Counted from the stretch's first letter, positions 38,750 to 49,722 are shown. The stretch: 56,968 bases of DNA from Prolixibacteraceae bacterium (GCA_016933815.1 JAFGAF010000517.1:1-56968), one strand, 5' to 3'. Notes: generated by a model not told the origin, from the letters alone. Numbers and translations are program-made.

Positions 38750-38859
38750 AAAAACTACCTACTTATAAAAACTGCTATTTTTTCAGACATAACTGCCAAA
38801 GTTACAATTTTTGATAAATAAAAGTTCAGCTTAAAGATTTTTTAACGCTGTTATGTAAG

Positions 38860-39444
38860 CTATTCTTCGGGTTGTTCAAGGGTTTCTTCATCGTCATCGT
38901 CATCGGCATAATCGTCGAACTGATCATCGGTTGTATCGAAAAGTGGTTCGTTGGGCTCATTGTCTGGAGCTGCTTCAGGTGCTTGCGAAACCGATACAAC
39001 TTTATCTTGTAATTCAACATCGTCGTAAGGAAATACATCGGCGATGGTACTTAACTGAATCGATGTGCAAACATAAGGCACAAGCATGTACGACAGGCCT
39101 TCCTCGAGGCGCTTGAGTGCATGTTCAATATTGTCGGCCATTACCAAAATATATTGGTTAACTTTCTTTTCCTTCCCGGCTTCTTCATCGATGGTAATAA
39201 TGCTTATTTTAGCTTTGTACCACCACTCGCCGTTTTCAGAAGGAATAATCTCGGTAAGGTTCGATTTTTTAATGTTCATTACCTGAAACTCGGCGCTTGT
39301 AATTTCCTGCATTTTTTGGAAAATACGGGCTTCGGCATCGGTAAACGAAACGGCATCGAGCAAATAGTTATCGTTAATTTTTCGCTCGTATCCACCCTGA
39401 TCAATTTTAAGGTATTTCACCTTACATTCGTACCACGTTTGCAT
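38860..39444 (-). CDS. DUF4494 protein
   Basis: WYECKVKY, YLLDAVSFTDAEARI, WYKAK, DEEAGKEKK; acidic tail. Confidence 0.85.
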   Translation of the reverse strand: MQTWYECKVKYLKIDQGGYERKINDNYLLDAVSFTDAEARIFQKMQEITSAEFQVMNIKKSNLTEIIPSENGEWWYKAKISIITIDEEAGKEKKVNQYILVMADNIEHALKRLEEGLSYMLVPYVCTSIQLSTIADVFPYDDVELQDKVVSVSQAPEAAPDNEPNEPLFDTTDDQFDDYADDDDDEETLEQPEE

Positions 39445-39600
39445 ATATTTATATTTTTAATGAACGGGCAAAAATAAGCGAATATTGATGCCTTTTTTCA
39501 ATAATGACCAATGAATTATCAACAAATTACAATATTTATTACACAAATAATTTTGCTGTTTTTCCAAACAATGTGAGCGTCTTGAGCTGATTATCCGAAG

Positions 39601-41475
39601 TTATTGATTGAGTTCAACAGGAAGGGTAAAAACAACCTTAGTCCCCTTGTTTACAACACTTTCTACTTTAATTTGCCCACCCATTATTTCAATAATGAGC
39701 TTGCTTATGCTTAATCCCAAACCCAAACCACGGTTGGCATTTGTATCATCTTCGTTATCGTGTGTAAAAGGTTCAAACAATTGGGTAAGGTACTTGGCCG
39801 ATATACCTATTCCGCTATCAAAAATTCCTACAACTACAAACCTGGCATCGCTTTGATCTGTGATTTCTTTAGTGAAAACTGGATTATTGCTAACGGAATA
39901 TCTAACCATTATTTCAACCTCACCATTGGGTGTGAAATTTAAGGCATTACCAATTAAATGTTTCATTACCTGATATACCTTCTCTTTGTCCCCAATTATT
40001 GGCAACATATTGATATTAAAATTTTTACTAACTGATAAATTTTTTGATTCGATAAGGCTTAAATTTTTTTGATCGGCAAAAATTTCATCAATTAACACAA
40101 ACAAATCGAAATTTGTAATATAAAGCTCTACCCTATGAGATTTTAAAAGTGAAAAATCAAATATTTGGCTGATAATATTGTTTAGTGCCAATGAATTTTC
40201 TGAAATTATTCTGACAAAGTCTTTGTCTTGTCCATCGGGCATGCTATCGAGCAGCAAATCGGAGAAACCAACAATGCTGTTGAGCGGTGTACGCATCTCG
40301 TGCGACATATTTTCAACGAAAATGGTTTTTACCTTATTCGAAAGGCTTGCTTTTTCCATTTCGACCTGTAATTGTTTTCGGTATTTTTTTTCAATTTTAA
40401 ACGAACGGTACAAGGCTCCAATAATCATCAACAAGTTAAGGATGATCATTGCAGAAATAATCAAAACCTTTTTGTTTTTCACCCAAAAATTTTCGGGGCG
40501 ATTTCGGAAAATTGTGTTTTCGGGTAATTGATCGATTTTTGCTCCATACTTTTGTAACAACGAATAATCAAAAACCGGTACCCGCTCAATATTTTGTACC
40601 GACGAAATATTACTTATATCACCGTTGAGTAAATCGTATGTTATTTTTGCAGCTGCTCTTCCATGATATTTACCATTGGATGTATAACCACCAACATAAC
40701 TTTGAACCACCGAACTATAATAGCCTGAAAACAAGGGCGCTGACGTATTTGATGAAACCAAATCAGCAGCATGTGTATCGCTTACCGATTGATTGTTGCA
40801 ATCGACTGTAACACCTGCATAATAAACAACAGTTGGATATCTTATTTTTCGCAATTGAACAATCAATTCATCAAGGTTGATACAATCGGGTACAGTTAGC
40901 TTTATTTGAGGATATTTTTCAACAAATATTTCTTTAATATCGTTTCGGTATATTTCGCCTGTTGTTGAATGATCGGTAATGAAAAAGACCTCTTTAATAT
41001 CGGGTAATAATTTGGTAATTAAATCTATATCATACCTGTATAATATTTCTTCTACAATAATAAACAAATTATCAAACTGCTTGTAATATTCGGCATTACC
41101 AATTCCACAGGCTATAAGTGGCACATTTTCAAAAAAAGACTCATTACGTTTGTCCAACACAAAATTTAAAGCATCATTATCTGAAACGATAATTGCATCC
41201 AACGCTATATCATTGTATTTTGTGTTTAAATTCTGAAAAAACTCATCGAGCTGATTTTGTTCCGGAAAACGTTTAGAATCGAGGTATTCGGTATAAAAAA
41301 AAACATCGGGGTTTTCCGAGAAAAATTCTATTACACCATTGGTCACTTCGTCGGACCAATGATAACCTACATGATATGAATTGATAAGTAAAACAGATTC
41401 AGATGTATCCTTACTTGAAGCAAAAACATCGAGCAAGCAAAACAACATCAGGATCAATAAATACAATTTATACAT
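39601..41475 (-). CDS. Orphan sensor histidine kinase with periplasmic-binding-protein-like sensor
   Basis: INSYHVGYHWS / EYLDSKRF sensor, TM helix, MSHEMRTPLN, DSGIGI, GLGLGLSI; no receiver. Confidence 0.88.
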   Translation of the reverse strand: MYKLYLLILMLFCLLDVFASSKDTSESVLLINSYHVGYHWSDEVTNGVIEFFSENPDVFFYTEYLDSKRFPEQNQLDEFFQNLNTKYNDIALDAIIVSDNDALNFVLDKRNESFFENVPLIACGIGNAEYYKQFDNLFIIVEEILYRYDIDLITKLLPDIKEVFFITDHSTTGEIYRNDIKEIFVEKYPQIKLTVPDCINLDELIVQLRKIRYPTVVYYAGVTVDCNNQSVSDTHAADLVSSNTSAPLFSGYYSSVVQSYVGGYTSNGKYHGRAAAKITYDLLNGDISNISSVQNIERVPVFDYSLLQKYGAKIDQLPENTIFRNRPENFWVKNKKVLIISAMIILNLLMIIGALYRSFKIEKKYRKQLQVEMEKASLSNKVKTIFVENMSHEMRTPLNSIVGFSDLLLDSMPDGQDKDFVRIISENSLALNNIISQIFDFSLLKSHRVELYITNFDLFVLIDEIFADQKNLSLIESKNLSVSKNFNINMLPIIGDKEKVYQVMKHLIGNALNFTPNGEVEIMVRYSVSNNPVFTKEITDQSDARFVVVGIFDSGIGISAKYLTQLFEPFTHDNEDDTNANRGLGLGLSISKLIIEIMGGQIKVESVVNKGTKVVFTLPVELNQ

Positions 41476-41632
41476 CGGAACCCTTTTTGCTTAATTAGTA
41501 GATACCAAAATAACAAATTTTATTCAGATAGAACAGTATTTTTTTGCATAAAAAATTATTTGCAAAAACTTTTACAAATAAACAATACTGATTTTATTGT
41601 GTTTAAAAGCATAATACAAAATAATTACTGAA

Positions 41633-41833
41633 ATGACATTTTATATCGATAATATTGGCTATAACGACGATTTAGTTGAAGGAGTTGATTATACCATTGG
41701 CAAACAAGGCTATAGAATAATGACAGCACACTACCTTGCAAAAAGAGGCTGGTGTTGCGGCAATGGTTGCTTGAACTGTCCTTATCATCCTAAAGCCGTA
41801 AAAGGAAATACACGTTTAAGGGAAAAAATATAA
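41633..41833 (+). CDS. DUF5522 small Cys-rich protein
   Basis: RGWCCGNGCLNCPY. Confidence 0.8.
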   Translation: MTFYIDNIGYNDDLVEGVDYTIGKQGYRIMTAHYLAKRGWCCGNGCLNCPYHPKAVKGNTRLREKI

Positions 41834-41873
41834 AACAAAAGAATTACTTTTATATTTTTAACGTGAGCGCAAT

Positions 41874-42284
41874 ATGATTCAACAACGCACCATTTATTTA
41901 CCTCAATACCGAAGGGGTTTTCATCTTATTACCAGCCTGATTGAACAAGAGTTAGGTGAGTTACCTGCTACAGGCATGTTAAACCTTTTGCTTCAACACA
42001 CCTCGGCAGCATTAACGCTCAACGAAAATGCCGACCCCGACGTGAGAAACGATTTTGAAAGTTTTATTAATAAATTAATACCCGAAAACCATCCGCTTTA
42101 TACCCACATACTTGAGGGCAGCGACGATATGCCGGCACATATTAAATCGTCGGTTTTTGGCGTGAGCTTAAGCTTACCTATAAGCAATCATAAACTCAAC
42201 CTGGGAACTTGGCAGGGCATATATTTATGTGAATTTCGAAATCATGGAGGCAGCAGAAGAATAATTGCAACCATTTACAGTTAA
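41874..42284 (+). CDS. yjbQ: YjbQ (UPF0047) secondary thiamine-phosphate synthase family
   Basis: [39 protein letters not shown]. Confidence 0.93.
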   Translation: MIQQRTIYLPQYRRGFHLITSLIEQELGELPATGMLNLLLQHTSAALTLNENADPDVRNDFESFINKLIPENHPLYTHILEGSDDMPAHIKSSVFGVSLSLPISNHKLNLGTWQGIYLCEFRNHGGSRRIIATIYS

Positions 42285-42329
42285 AAAAATTTTATATTTT
42301 TGGGCTCCATTAATATTTAACTAGCAATT

Positions 42330-43952
42330 ATGCCCAAGAAACTACTTTTAGGAGTTGAAGCCATTGGTCAGGCAGCTGTCGATGCCGGCATTTCGGGAGT
42401 GTATGCATATCCCGGCACACCTTCAACAGAAATAACCGAGTACATTCAAGAAAACGAATTGGCCATTGAACGGAATATTCACCGTTTGTGGTCGGCCAAC
42501 GAAAAAACAGCCATGGAAACCGCTTTGGGCATGTCGTATGCCGGTAAAAAAGCATTGGTTTGCATGAAGCACGTTGGTTTAAACGTTGCTGCCGATGCAT
42601 TTGTAAACTCGGCCATTACCGGTATTAACGGTGGTGTTGTAATAGTTGTAGCCGACGACCCGTCGATGCACTCATCGCAAAACGAGCAAGACTCACGTTT
42701 TTATGGCAAATTTGCAATGATACCCATTCTTGAACCTTCGAGCCAACAAGAAGCATACGAAATGACCCGCTTTGGTTTTGAGTTATCGGAACAAACTAAA
42801 CTTCCTGTAATGCTTCGTATTACAACACGTATTGCCCACTCCAGGGCTGGTGTTGAAATATCGGCTCCTATTGCCGAAAACAAAATAGCTTTACCTACCG
42901 ATCCCCGGCAGTTTGTACTGTTGCCAGCCATTGCCCGCCGCAGATACAAAATGTTGCTCGATAGCCAGGACGTTTTACTTGGGCTTTCCGAAAAATCGGT
43001 CTTTAACAAATTAAACAAAACCAACAACAAAAAATTGGGCATTATTTGTTGCGGAATTTCATACAACTACTTGACCGAGAACTTTAGCGAGCAAGCCTGC
43101 CCCTTCACCGTTTTAAAAGTTGGCCAATATCCGTTACCCAAACAAATGGTTTACGAGCTTGAAGAAAATTGCGACGAAATACTGGTTATTGAAGAGGGCT
43201 ATCCTTTGGTTGAAGAACAACTGAGCGATTATTTCGGAAACGGAAAAACAATTAAAGGACGACTCGACGGAACATTACCCCGCGATGGAGAACTCAGCCC
43301 CGATTTGGTGGCAAAAGCTTTAAACCTGACCGTACCCGAACATGCTCAAACCCCAAAAAATATAGTTGCCCGTCCACCGGCACTTTGTATGGGTTGCGGC
43401 CATCAGGATTTGTATGCAGCCATGAACGAGGTGTTAGTTGAATATGGCGACGGACATGTTTTTTCAGATATTGGCTGTTATACCTTAGGCGCATTACCAC
43501 CTTATCAAACTATCAATAGCTGCGTCGATATGGGTGCTTCGATAACCATGGCCAAAGGGGCTGCCGATGCCGGTTTGTTCCCATCGCTTTGTGTCATAGG
43601 CGATTCAACCTTTGCTCACTCGGGCATTACCGGTTTGCTCGATGCTGTAAACGAAAAAAGCAACATTGTTGTTATTATTTCCGATAACGAATCGGTATCG
43701 ATGACCGGTGGACAAGAATCGGCTGCCTTGGGCAAAATTGAATCGATATGCGAAGGTGTTGGTGTTGACCCTGCTCACATCAGGGTTTTGGTACCTCACA
43801 AGAAAAACCACGATGAAATGGTGCAAATAATTCGCGACGAAATTAACTACAACGGCGTTTCGGTTATTGTTCCTCGCCGCGAATGCATTCAAAAACTCAT
43901 GCGCGATAAAAGGGCTAACCGCAAAATAATTAAAACCGATTGCAAATCGTAA
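42330..43952 (+). CDS. iorA: Indolepyruvate:ferredoxin oxidoreductase alpha subunit
   Basis: YPGTPSTEI, MKHVGLNVAAD, DDPSMHSSQNEQD, LCMGCGH, DIGCY, GDSTF TPP motif. Confidence 0.93.
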   Translation: MPKKLLLGVEAIGQAAVDAGISGVYAYPGTPSTEITEYIQENELAIERNIHRLWSANEKTAMETALGMSYAGKKALVCMKHVGLNVAADAFVNSAITGINGGVVIVVADDPSMHSSQNEQDSRFYGKFAMIPILEPSSQQEAYEMTRFGFELSEQTKLPVMLRITTRIAHSRAGVEISAPIAENKIALPTDPRQFVLLPAIARRRYKMLLDSQDVLLGLSEKSVFNKLNKTNNKKLGIICCGISYNYLTENFSEQACPFTVLKVGQYPLPKQMVYELEENCDEILVIEEGYPLVEEQLSDYFGNGKTIKGRLDGTLPRDGELSPDLVAKALNLTVPEHAQTPKNIVARPPALCMGCGHQDLYAAMNEVLVEYGDGHVFSDIGCYTLGALPPYQTINSCVDMGASITMAKGAADAGLFPSLCVIGDSTFAHSGITGLLDAVNEKSNIVVIISDNESVSMTGGQESAALGKIESICEGVGVDPAHIRVLVPHKKNHDEMVQIIRDEINYNGVSVIVPRRECIQKLMRDKRANRKIIKTDCKS

Positions 43953-43986
43953 ATTGATTAATTGTAATCTAAAATTTGATAAAGAA

Positions 43987-44574
43987 ATGAAAACAAATAT
44001 AATTTTAGCAGGTGTAGGCGGACAAGGAATTTTGTCGATTGCTGCTGTTCTTGGCGAAGCTTCGTTGCAAAACAATTACTATCTGAAACAAGCAGAAACT
44101 CATGGAATGAGCCAAAGGGGCGGAGCAGTTGTTTCGCACCTACGCATTGCCGACAGCCCCATTGCAAGCGATTTAATTCCAATGGGGAAAGCCGACATTA
44201 TACTTTCAGTCGAACCAATGGAATCGTTGCGTTACCTCGATTTTTTGAAAAAAGGCGGATACCTGGTGAGCAATTCCACCCCATTTGTAAATATTCCCAA
44301 CTACCCCAGTATTGAGGAAATACACAGCGAAATTAATATGCAATCGCATGCAGTTTTGATCGATGCCGATAAAATTGCAAAAGAAATTGGAAACGGTAAA
44401 GCTTCAAACATGGTGATGTTAGGTGCTGCTTCTCCTTTTATTGAGATTCCGCTCGAAAATATCGAAAAGGCAATCAATCAAGTTTTCGAACGCAAAGGTG
44501 CCGATATTGTTGAGCTTAACCTAAAAGCATTTAATGCAGGTCGTAATTTCTCGTTGGCCAACAGCAAAAATTAA
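43987..44574 (+). CDS. iorB: Indolepyruvate oxidoreductase beta subunit
   Basis: AGVGGQG, ETHGMSQRGG, NMVMLGA; start ATG 43987. Confidence 0.93.
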   Translation: MKTNIILAGVGGQGILSIAAVLGEASLQNNYYLKQAETHGMSQRGGAVVSHLRIADSPIASDLIPMGKADIILSVEPMESLRYLDFLKKGGYLVSNSTPFVNIPNYPSIEEIHSEINMQSHAVLIDADKIAKEIGNGKASNMVMLGAASPFIEIPLENIEKAINQVFERKGADIVELNLKAFNAGRNFSLANSKN

Positions 44575-45338
44575 TCAACCAACATTTGCTCAAAACGGCT
44601 GCCCATGTCGATAAATTCGCCACGATCAAGTTGGGGTAGCAGTTCGTCTTTTACGTATTGGAAATTGGGATTAACATTTAATATTTGTTTATAAACGCTA
44701 CGTGCTTTATCGGGGTAACCTAGTTTTGTGTAAACCTGACCAAGCCAAGCTCCATTGTTGAAGAATACCCAATTGCATTCGGGATTATTTTTAGAATTGA
44801 TTGCAAAAGCGGCTGCATAACTTAGCATAGCTTTTTGTTTGTTTCCACCAACAAACGAAGGTCTGAAATAATATGAATTGCCCTGTTCGATGAGCGGAAG
44901 AGCTTCGTTTGTTCGCAAAGCAATGGCTTTATCTACTTCGCGCTGATGCGGAAAACTGTAAAAAGGAGCCATCCATGGCGATAACCCAATTTTATAGCCA
45001 TACAAGGCAGCTTTAAATGCATGATAATTGGCTGTATTGGGATATTTATCCATTAATCGGTCTAAATGATTTTCATATTTTTCCATCATTCGGGCTGCAC
45101 TTTTTTTATCATCCTGCGTAAAAAAATAACCCGTTAAGGCATATTCAGCGTAGAGTAAAACATCGCCATCGGCTTTATTCAATCGTACTTTCTGAAGGCT
45201 ATCGACCAACAACTCCCAGCTTTTCATATCACCTTCGATAAGAAATGCTGTAAAACGACAAGACAAATTACCTGAAAAACTTTTGGCTGAAAAACCAAGC
45301 AACAATATTAACAAAGAAACAAAAAATATTATCCTCAT
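44571..45338 (-). CDS. Secreted TPR-like hypothetical protein
   Basis: Signal peptide from ATG 45338; WLGQVYTKLGYPDKA...PNF TPR-like motif. Confidence 0.7.
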   Translation of the reverse strand: MRIIFFVSLLILLLGFSAKSFSGNLSCRFTAFLIEGDMKSWELLVDSLQKVRLNKADGDVLLYAEYALTGYFFTQDDKKSAARMMEKYENHLDRLMDKYPNTANYHAFKAALYGYKIGLSPWMAPFYSFPHQREVDKAIALRTNEALPLIEQGNSYYFRPSFVGGNKQKAMLSYAAAFAINSKNNPECNWVFFNNGAWLGQVYTKLGYPDKARSVYKQILNVNPNFQYVKDELLPQLDRGEFIDMGSRFEQMLVD

Positions 45339-45343
45339 AAATT

Positions 45344-45580
45344 TTAAAGTGAACGGTGCGTACCATCGCAAAACGGCGCATTTTTAGTTTGTTTACACTG
45401 GCACAAATAGTAAGTTTTTTCTTCAGTTACTTCAAATGCTTTAGGAACAAAAGCTGTTCCTTTATGCGAACCGTCGCAAAAAGGTTGATTCTTGCTTTGC
45501 CCGCAAGCACACCAAAAATATTTACCGGGTTTAAGGTTTACTACTGCCGGATTTTTATCTGCAATTACTGGTTTTTCCAT
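45344..45580 (-). CDS. CDGSH iron-sulfur domain protein (two motifs)
   Basis: WCACGQSKNQPFCDGSH and LCQCKQTKNAPFCDGTH. Confidence 0.93.
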   Translation of the reverse strand: MEKPVIADKNPAVVNLKPGKYFWCACGQSKNQPFCDGSHKGTAFVPKAFEVTEEKTYYLCQCKQTKNAPFCDGTHRSL

Positions 45581-45689
45581 AAATATCGAAATTAAAAGTG
45601 TTCAAATTTATACTAAAACAATTTAAACACTGTAAGGTTTGAACAGAAAATGCACTTTTTGAAAATAAATCATCAAAGCAACATCTGTA

Positions 45690-47495
45690 CTATTCTGTCT
45701 TTTTCAACTCGCGACTCGAATAAAAACGCTCTAAAATTGAACCATCATTAACCTCTTTCGACAGGGATTCGATGGTATCTTGAGGAACATCGTAAATATC
45801 AAGTAAAATAAGTCCGTCGAGACAGTTGTTAAAATTAGGATCGACATTAAACGCCAAAATTTTGGCATTAAGGCTTAAATACTTTTTCAAAAGCACCGGA
45901 ATTCCGTTGTTTACTTTGTCGATATCGCCAATAATACGGTCGAACTTATTCAAATCGCCCCCGGCATTATCAAGCAAAAGGTTAATGTTTTCGTTTTCGC
46001 TAACAAATTTGTACGATTTTTTTGGCCTTATGTAGCTTGCAATTTCGTTATTAAAATAATGTGTTGTAATAAATTTAATGATGCTGTCCTTCGAAACCGA
46101 CGAATAATTATTGCTGATACTAACCGGTCCAATCAGGTAACGGTATTGCGGATTTTTTAACAGGAAGTACAAAATACCTTTCCAAAGCAAAAACAAAGGC
46201 AAGGGTTTTCGTTGGTATTCTTGTACCACAAACGAGCGGCCTAATTCAAGTGATTGTATCAATAAGGGTTTAATTTGAGGTTTCATTCTGAATAGGCTTC
46301 TGATATAAAAACCATGCAAATCGTATTGTTGAATTATTTCGTTACCCAAGCCCAATCGGTAAGCACCAACAATGCATTCAGCTTCGTTATCCCAAATAAA
46401 TAATTGGTGATAGTAAAGGTCGAATTCGTCGATATCGATTGCGAGATTTGTACCTTCACCAACCAAACGGAAGGTCAATTCGCGAAGGCGGCCAATTTCG
46501 TTTAAAAAATTAGGTATCAGCTTAGTTGGCGCACAATAAACTGTGTAGTTTTTGATTGTAAAAAGTTCGTAATCGGGTTTAATGCTTTCAATCTCGTTTA
46601 ACAAAAGTTGTTTTGATACGGGAGGAATAACAGGTTCGGCTTGATGAATTTTACGAAGAGGAATAATTTTGAAGAATTTACGCACCTCAATTTTTGTATC
46701 GGCACCCAAGCTATAAGTTTTGGCCCTAATGTAACGCCCCAGCTGGTTAATATCGGCAAATTGTTCGATATCGGCTTTTCTTATTGGTGTTCCAATTCGA
46801 ACACTTACCTCACGTTTCTTTTTGGTGAACAATTCGCTGGGCAGTTTTGCCATGCGCAATCTGGGGTTAATCATTCCGAGCAAATGAAATAAACGTGAAT
46901 TTGATCCTCCAAAATAAACAGGCAACACCGGCACTTCAGCTTTTTTAATAAGTTTGATTACCTGAAATTGCCATGCCTTATCAACAATATTGTAATACTG
47001 ATCGAAATCAGAAACTTCGCCGGCAGGAAAAATACCCAAAACGCCACCACTGTTCAATTGCTCAAACACTTTTTTATAAGCACTCATTACAGGCTCGCCC
47101 CTTTCAAAAGGGTTAAGCGCCAAAAAATATTGCTTAAGTGGCTCAATTTTACGCAAAAAATTGTTGGCTAAAATCTTCACATCGGGCCTAACCATCGAAA
47201 TAATTTTAATGAGCAAAACACCGTCCAACCCACCAAAAGGATGGTTTGATACCACAATAAAGGGCCCATGCAAAGGAATTTTTTTAAGCTGATCGGCATC
47301 GAAATGATATTTAATATCAAGCGTCTCAATAAGTTTATCAATAAAATCGATACCATTTTCGTTGGCCAATTCGGTATAAAGCTTATTAACTTTTCGTAAG
47401 CTCAACAAATGCATTAAAAAACGGGCAAAAGCTTTTTCACCAAAGAACTTAAGATTTTGATCTTTAAACAGATTATCAGGGCTAATTAAATCCAT
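45690..47495 (-). CDS. PlsC-type acyltransferase + GNAT N-acyltransferase fusion (OlsF-like amino-lipid synthase / 'putative hemolysin')
   Basis: NHPFGGLDG (HX4D), IFPAGEVS; C-half EIGRLRELTF, DIDEFD, VGAYRL, ELGRSFV, LWKGI. Confidence 0.82.
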   Translation of the reverse strand: MDLISPDNLFKDQNLKFFGEKAFARFLMHLLSLRKVNKLYTELANENGIDFIDKLIETLDIKYHFDADQLKKIPLHGPFIVVSNHPFGGLDGVLLIKIISMVRPDVKILANNFLRKIEPLKQYFLALNPFERGEPVMSAYKKVFEQLNSGGVLGIFPAGEVSDFDQYYNIVDKAWQFQVIKLIKKAEVPVLPVYFGGSNSRLFHLLGMINPRLRMAKLPSELFTKKKREVSVRIGTPIRKADIEQFADINQLGRYIRAKTYSLGADTKIEVRKFFKIIPLRKIHQAEPVIPPVSKQLLLNEIESIKPDYELFTIKNYTVYCAPTKLIPNFLNEIGRLRELTFRLVGEGTNLAIDIDEFDLYYHQLFIWDNEAECIVGAYRLGLGNEIIQQYDLHGFYIRSLFRMKPQIKPLLIQSLELGRSFVVQEYQRKPLPLFLLWKGILYFLLKNPQYRYLIGPVSISNNYSSVSKDSIIKFITTHYFNNEIASYIRPKKSYKFVSENENINLLLDNAGGDLNKFDRIIGDIDKVNNGIPVLLKKYLSLNAKILAFNVDPNFNNCLDGLILLDIYDVPQDTIESLSKEVNDGSILERFYSSRELKKTE

Positions 47496-47746
47496 AATTA
47501 TATAATTTATTCATGCTAAAGTTAAATTTCTTTATTCTTTCATAAAAGCTAAGCTAAATATTTTATTTCTATAAAAAATAAAAAACACAAAACATCAAAT
47601 TCTAAAAAAAACTGTTTTTATTATTTCGAAATGTAACCTTTACATGAAGTATTTTTTAGATTTTTAATAAAAACACCAATTTATCTTTTAAGCAATTTTG
47701 ATTTTTAAATTTTATTTCTACATTTGTGACGTAAAATTATTTGAAT

Positions 47747-47812
47747 ATGAACACAATTATCAGCATAACCATTCTAGTCCTCGTTGTCGTGGTCGTCATT
47801 TTAACAAAGTGA
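47747..47812 (+). CDS. ilv leader peptide MNTIISITILVLVVVVVILTK
   Basis: 21 codons, 14 of them Ile/Leu/Val, upstream of ilvD; too short for the ORF track. Confidence 0.85.
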   Translation: MNTIISITILVLVVVVVILTK

Positions 47813-47850
47813 GGATGGTTTGTTGTATATAATTATAAAAAATATTAATG

Positions 47851-47883
47851 AACCATTCTCAAAAAAAGAGAATGGTTTTTTTT
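47851..47883 (+). terminator. ilv attenuator terminator
   Basis: AACCATTCTC-A7-GAGAATGGTT followed by a T run, 18 nt before the ilvD ATG. Confidence 0.88.
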
Positions 47884-47901
47884 ATGTAAAAAATTTAAAA
47901 A

Positions 47902-49722
47902 ATGAGCAAGTTAAGAAGCGCAACAACAACGCAAGGCCGCAGAATGGCCGGAGCAAGAGCTCTGTGGCGTGCCAACGGAATGACCGAAGAGCAGTTTAAA
48001 AAACCCATTATTGCCATCGTTAACTCCTTTACCCAAATGGTTCCGGGGCATGTTCATCTTCACGATGTTGGGCAAATGCTTAAAAAACGTATCGAAGAAA
48101 AAGGATGTTTTGCAGCCGAATTCAACACAATTGCTATCGATGATGGTATTGCTATGGGTCACAACGGGATGTTGTATTCACTTCCATCGCGCGACTTGAT
48201 TGCCGACAGTGTTGAATACATGTGCAATGCACACATGGTTGATGCCATGATTTGCATTTCGAACTGCGACAAAATAACCCCCGGAATGCTAATGGCTGCC
48301 ATGCGCTTAAACATTCCTGCAATTTTTGTTTCGGGTGGCCCTATGGAGGCAGGTACAGTTGACGACAAAAAACTAGACCTTGTTGATGCAATGGTTATGG
48401 CTGTTGACGATAGTGTATCGGAAGAAGAAATCAATAAAGTTGAACGCAATGCTTGCCCAACCTGTGGTTCGTGTTCGGGCTTGTTTACAGCCAACTCGAT
48501 GAACAGCCTTGCCGAAGCTCTTGGAATGGCATTGCCGGGTAACGGAACAATAGTTGCAACGCACGCAAAACGTTTTGAGCTTTTTAACGAAGCTGCCGAC
48601 CTGATCATCAAAATTACCGAAGATTACTATTATAATGGCAACGAAAAAGTACTGCCACGTTCAGTAGCTACCCGCGAAGCGTTTATGAATGCAATGACAC
48701 TCGACATTGGAATGGGCGGCAGCACAAATACCATTTTGCACCTTTTGGCCATTGCCAGCGAAGCCGAAGTAGATTTTACAATGAAAGACATTGATGAACT
48801 GTCGAGGCGCATCCCCAATATTTGCAAAGTAGCCCCAAGTTCACAGTACCACATGGAAGACGTTAACCGTGCCGGAGGTATTTTAGGTATTTTAGGCGAA
48901 CTCGATCGTGCCGGACTTCTCGACACAAATGTTAACCGTGTTGATCAGTTAACATTGGCCGAAGCACTCGATCAATTCGACGTAATGCGTAAAAGCGTTA
49001 CTCCAAAAGCAATCCAACGTTATTTGGCTGCTCCGGGATACCGAACCAACTTGGTTATGGGGTCACAAGAAAATATGTTTAAAGAATTAGATACCGACCG
49101 CTCAAAAGGTTGTATCCGTAACCTCGAAAATGCATACAACAAGGAAGGAGGACTCGCCGTTCTGTTTGGCAACATTGCCAAAGACGGCTGCATCGTCAAA
49201 ACAGCAGGAGTTGATCCTTCGGTTTTCAAATTTAACGGAAAAGCCAAAGTTTTTCACTCGCAAGAAGCTGCCGTAAACGGAATTTTAGGAAGCGAAGTAC
49301 AAGCCGGCGATGCAGTATTTATTTTGTACGAAGGCCCCAAAGGCGGTCCCGGAATGCAAGAAATGCTCTACCCTACTTCTTACATTAAAGCAGTTAGACT
49401 CGATAAAGCTTGTGCGCTTGTAACCGACGGTCGTTTCTCGGGTGGTACATCGGGGCTTTCAATTGGCCACGTTTCGCCCGAAGCAGCTGCCGGCGGCGAA
49501 ATTGGTCTTATTAAAAATGGCGATCCGATTGAGATTGACATACCTGCTCGTAAAATAAACGTATTAGTTAGCAACGAAGAACTCGAAAAGCGTAGAAATG
49601 AGGAAATTGCCAAAGGCAACAATGCATTTAAACCTTTGCGCGACCGACAAGTTAGCAAGGCGCTAAAAGCTTATGCAAGCATGGTTTCGTCGGCCGACAA
49701 AGGCGCAATTCGAATCATATAA
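47902..49722 (+). CDS. ilvD: Dihydroxy-acid dehydratase
   Basis: [56 protein letters not shown]. Confidence 0.97.
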   Translation: MSKLRSATTTQGRRMAGARALWRANGMTEEQFKKPIIAIVNSFTQMVPGHVHLHDVGQMLKKRIEEKGCFAAEFNTIAIDDGIAMGHNGMLYSLPSRDLIADSVEYMCNAHMVDAMICISNCDKITPGMLMAAMRLNIPAIFVSGGPMEAGTVDDKKLDLVDAMVMAVDDSVSEEEINKVERNACPTCGSCSGLFTANSMNSLAEALGMALPGNGTIVATHAKRFELFNEAADLIIKITEDYYYNGNEKVLPRSVATREAFMNAMTLDIGMGGSTNTILHLLAIASEAEVDFTMKDIDELSRRIPNICKVAPSSQYHMEDVNRAGGILGILGELDRAGLLDTNVNRVDQLTLAEALDQFDVMRKSVTPKAIQRYLAAPGYRTNLVMGSQENMFKELDTDRSKGCIRNLENAYNKEGGLAVLFGNIAKDGCIVKTAGVDPSVFKFNGKAKVFHSQEAAVNGILGSEVQAGDAVFILYEGPKGGPGMQEMLYPTSYIKAVRLDKACALVTDGRFSGGTSGLSIGHVSPEAAAGGEIGLIKNGDPIEIDIPARKINVLVSNEELEKRRNEEIAKGNNAFKPLRDRQVSKALKAYASMVSSADKGAIRII

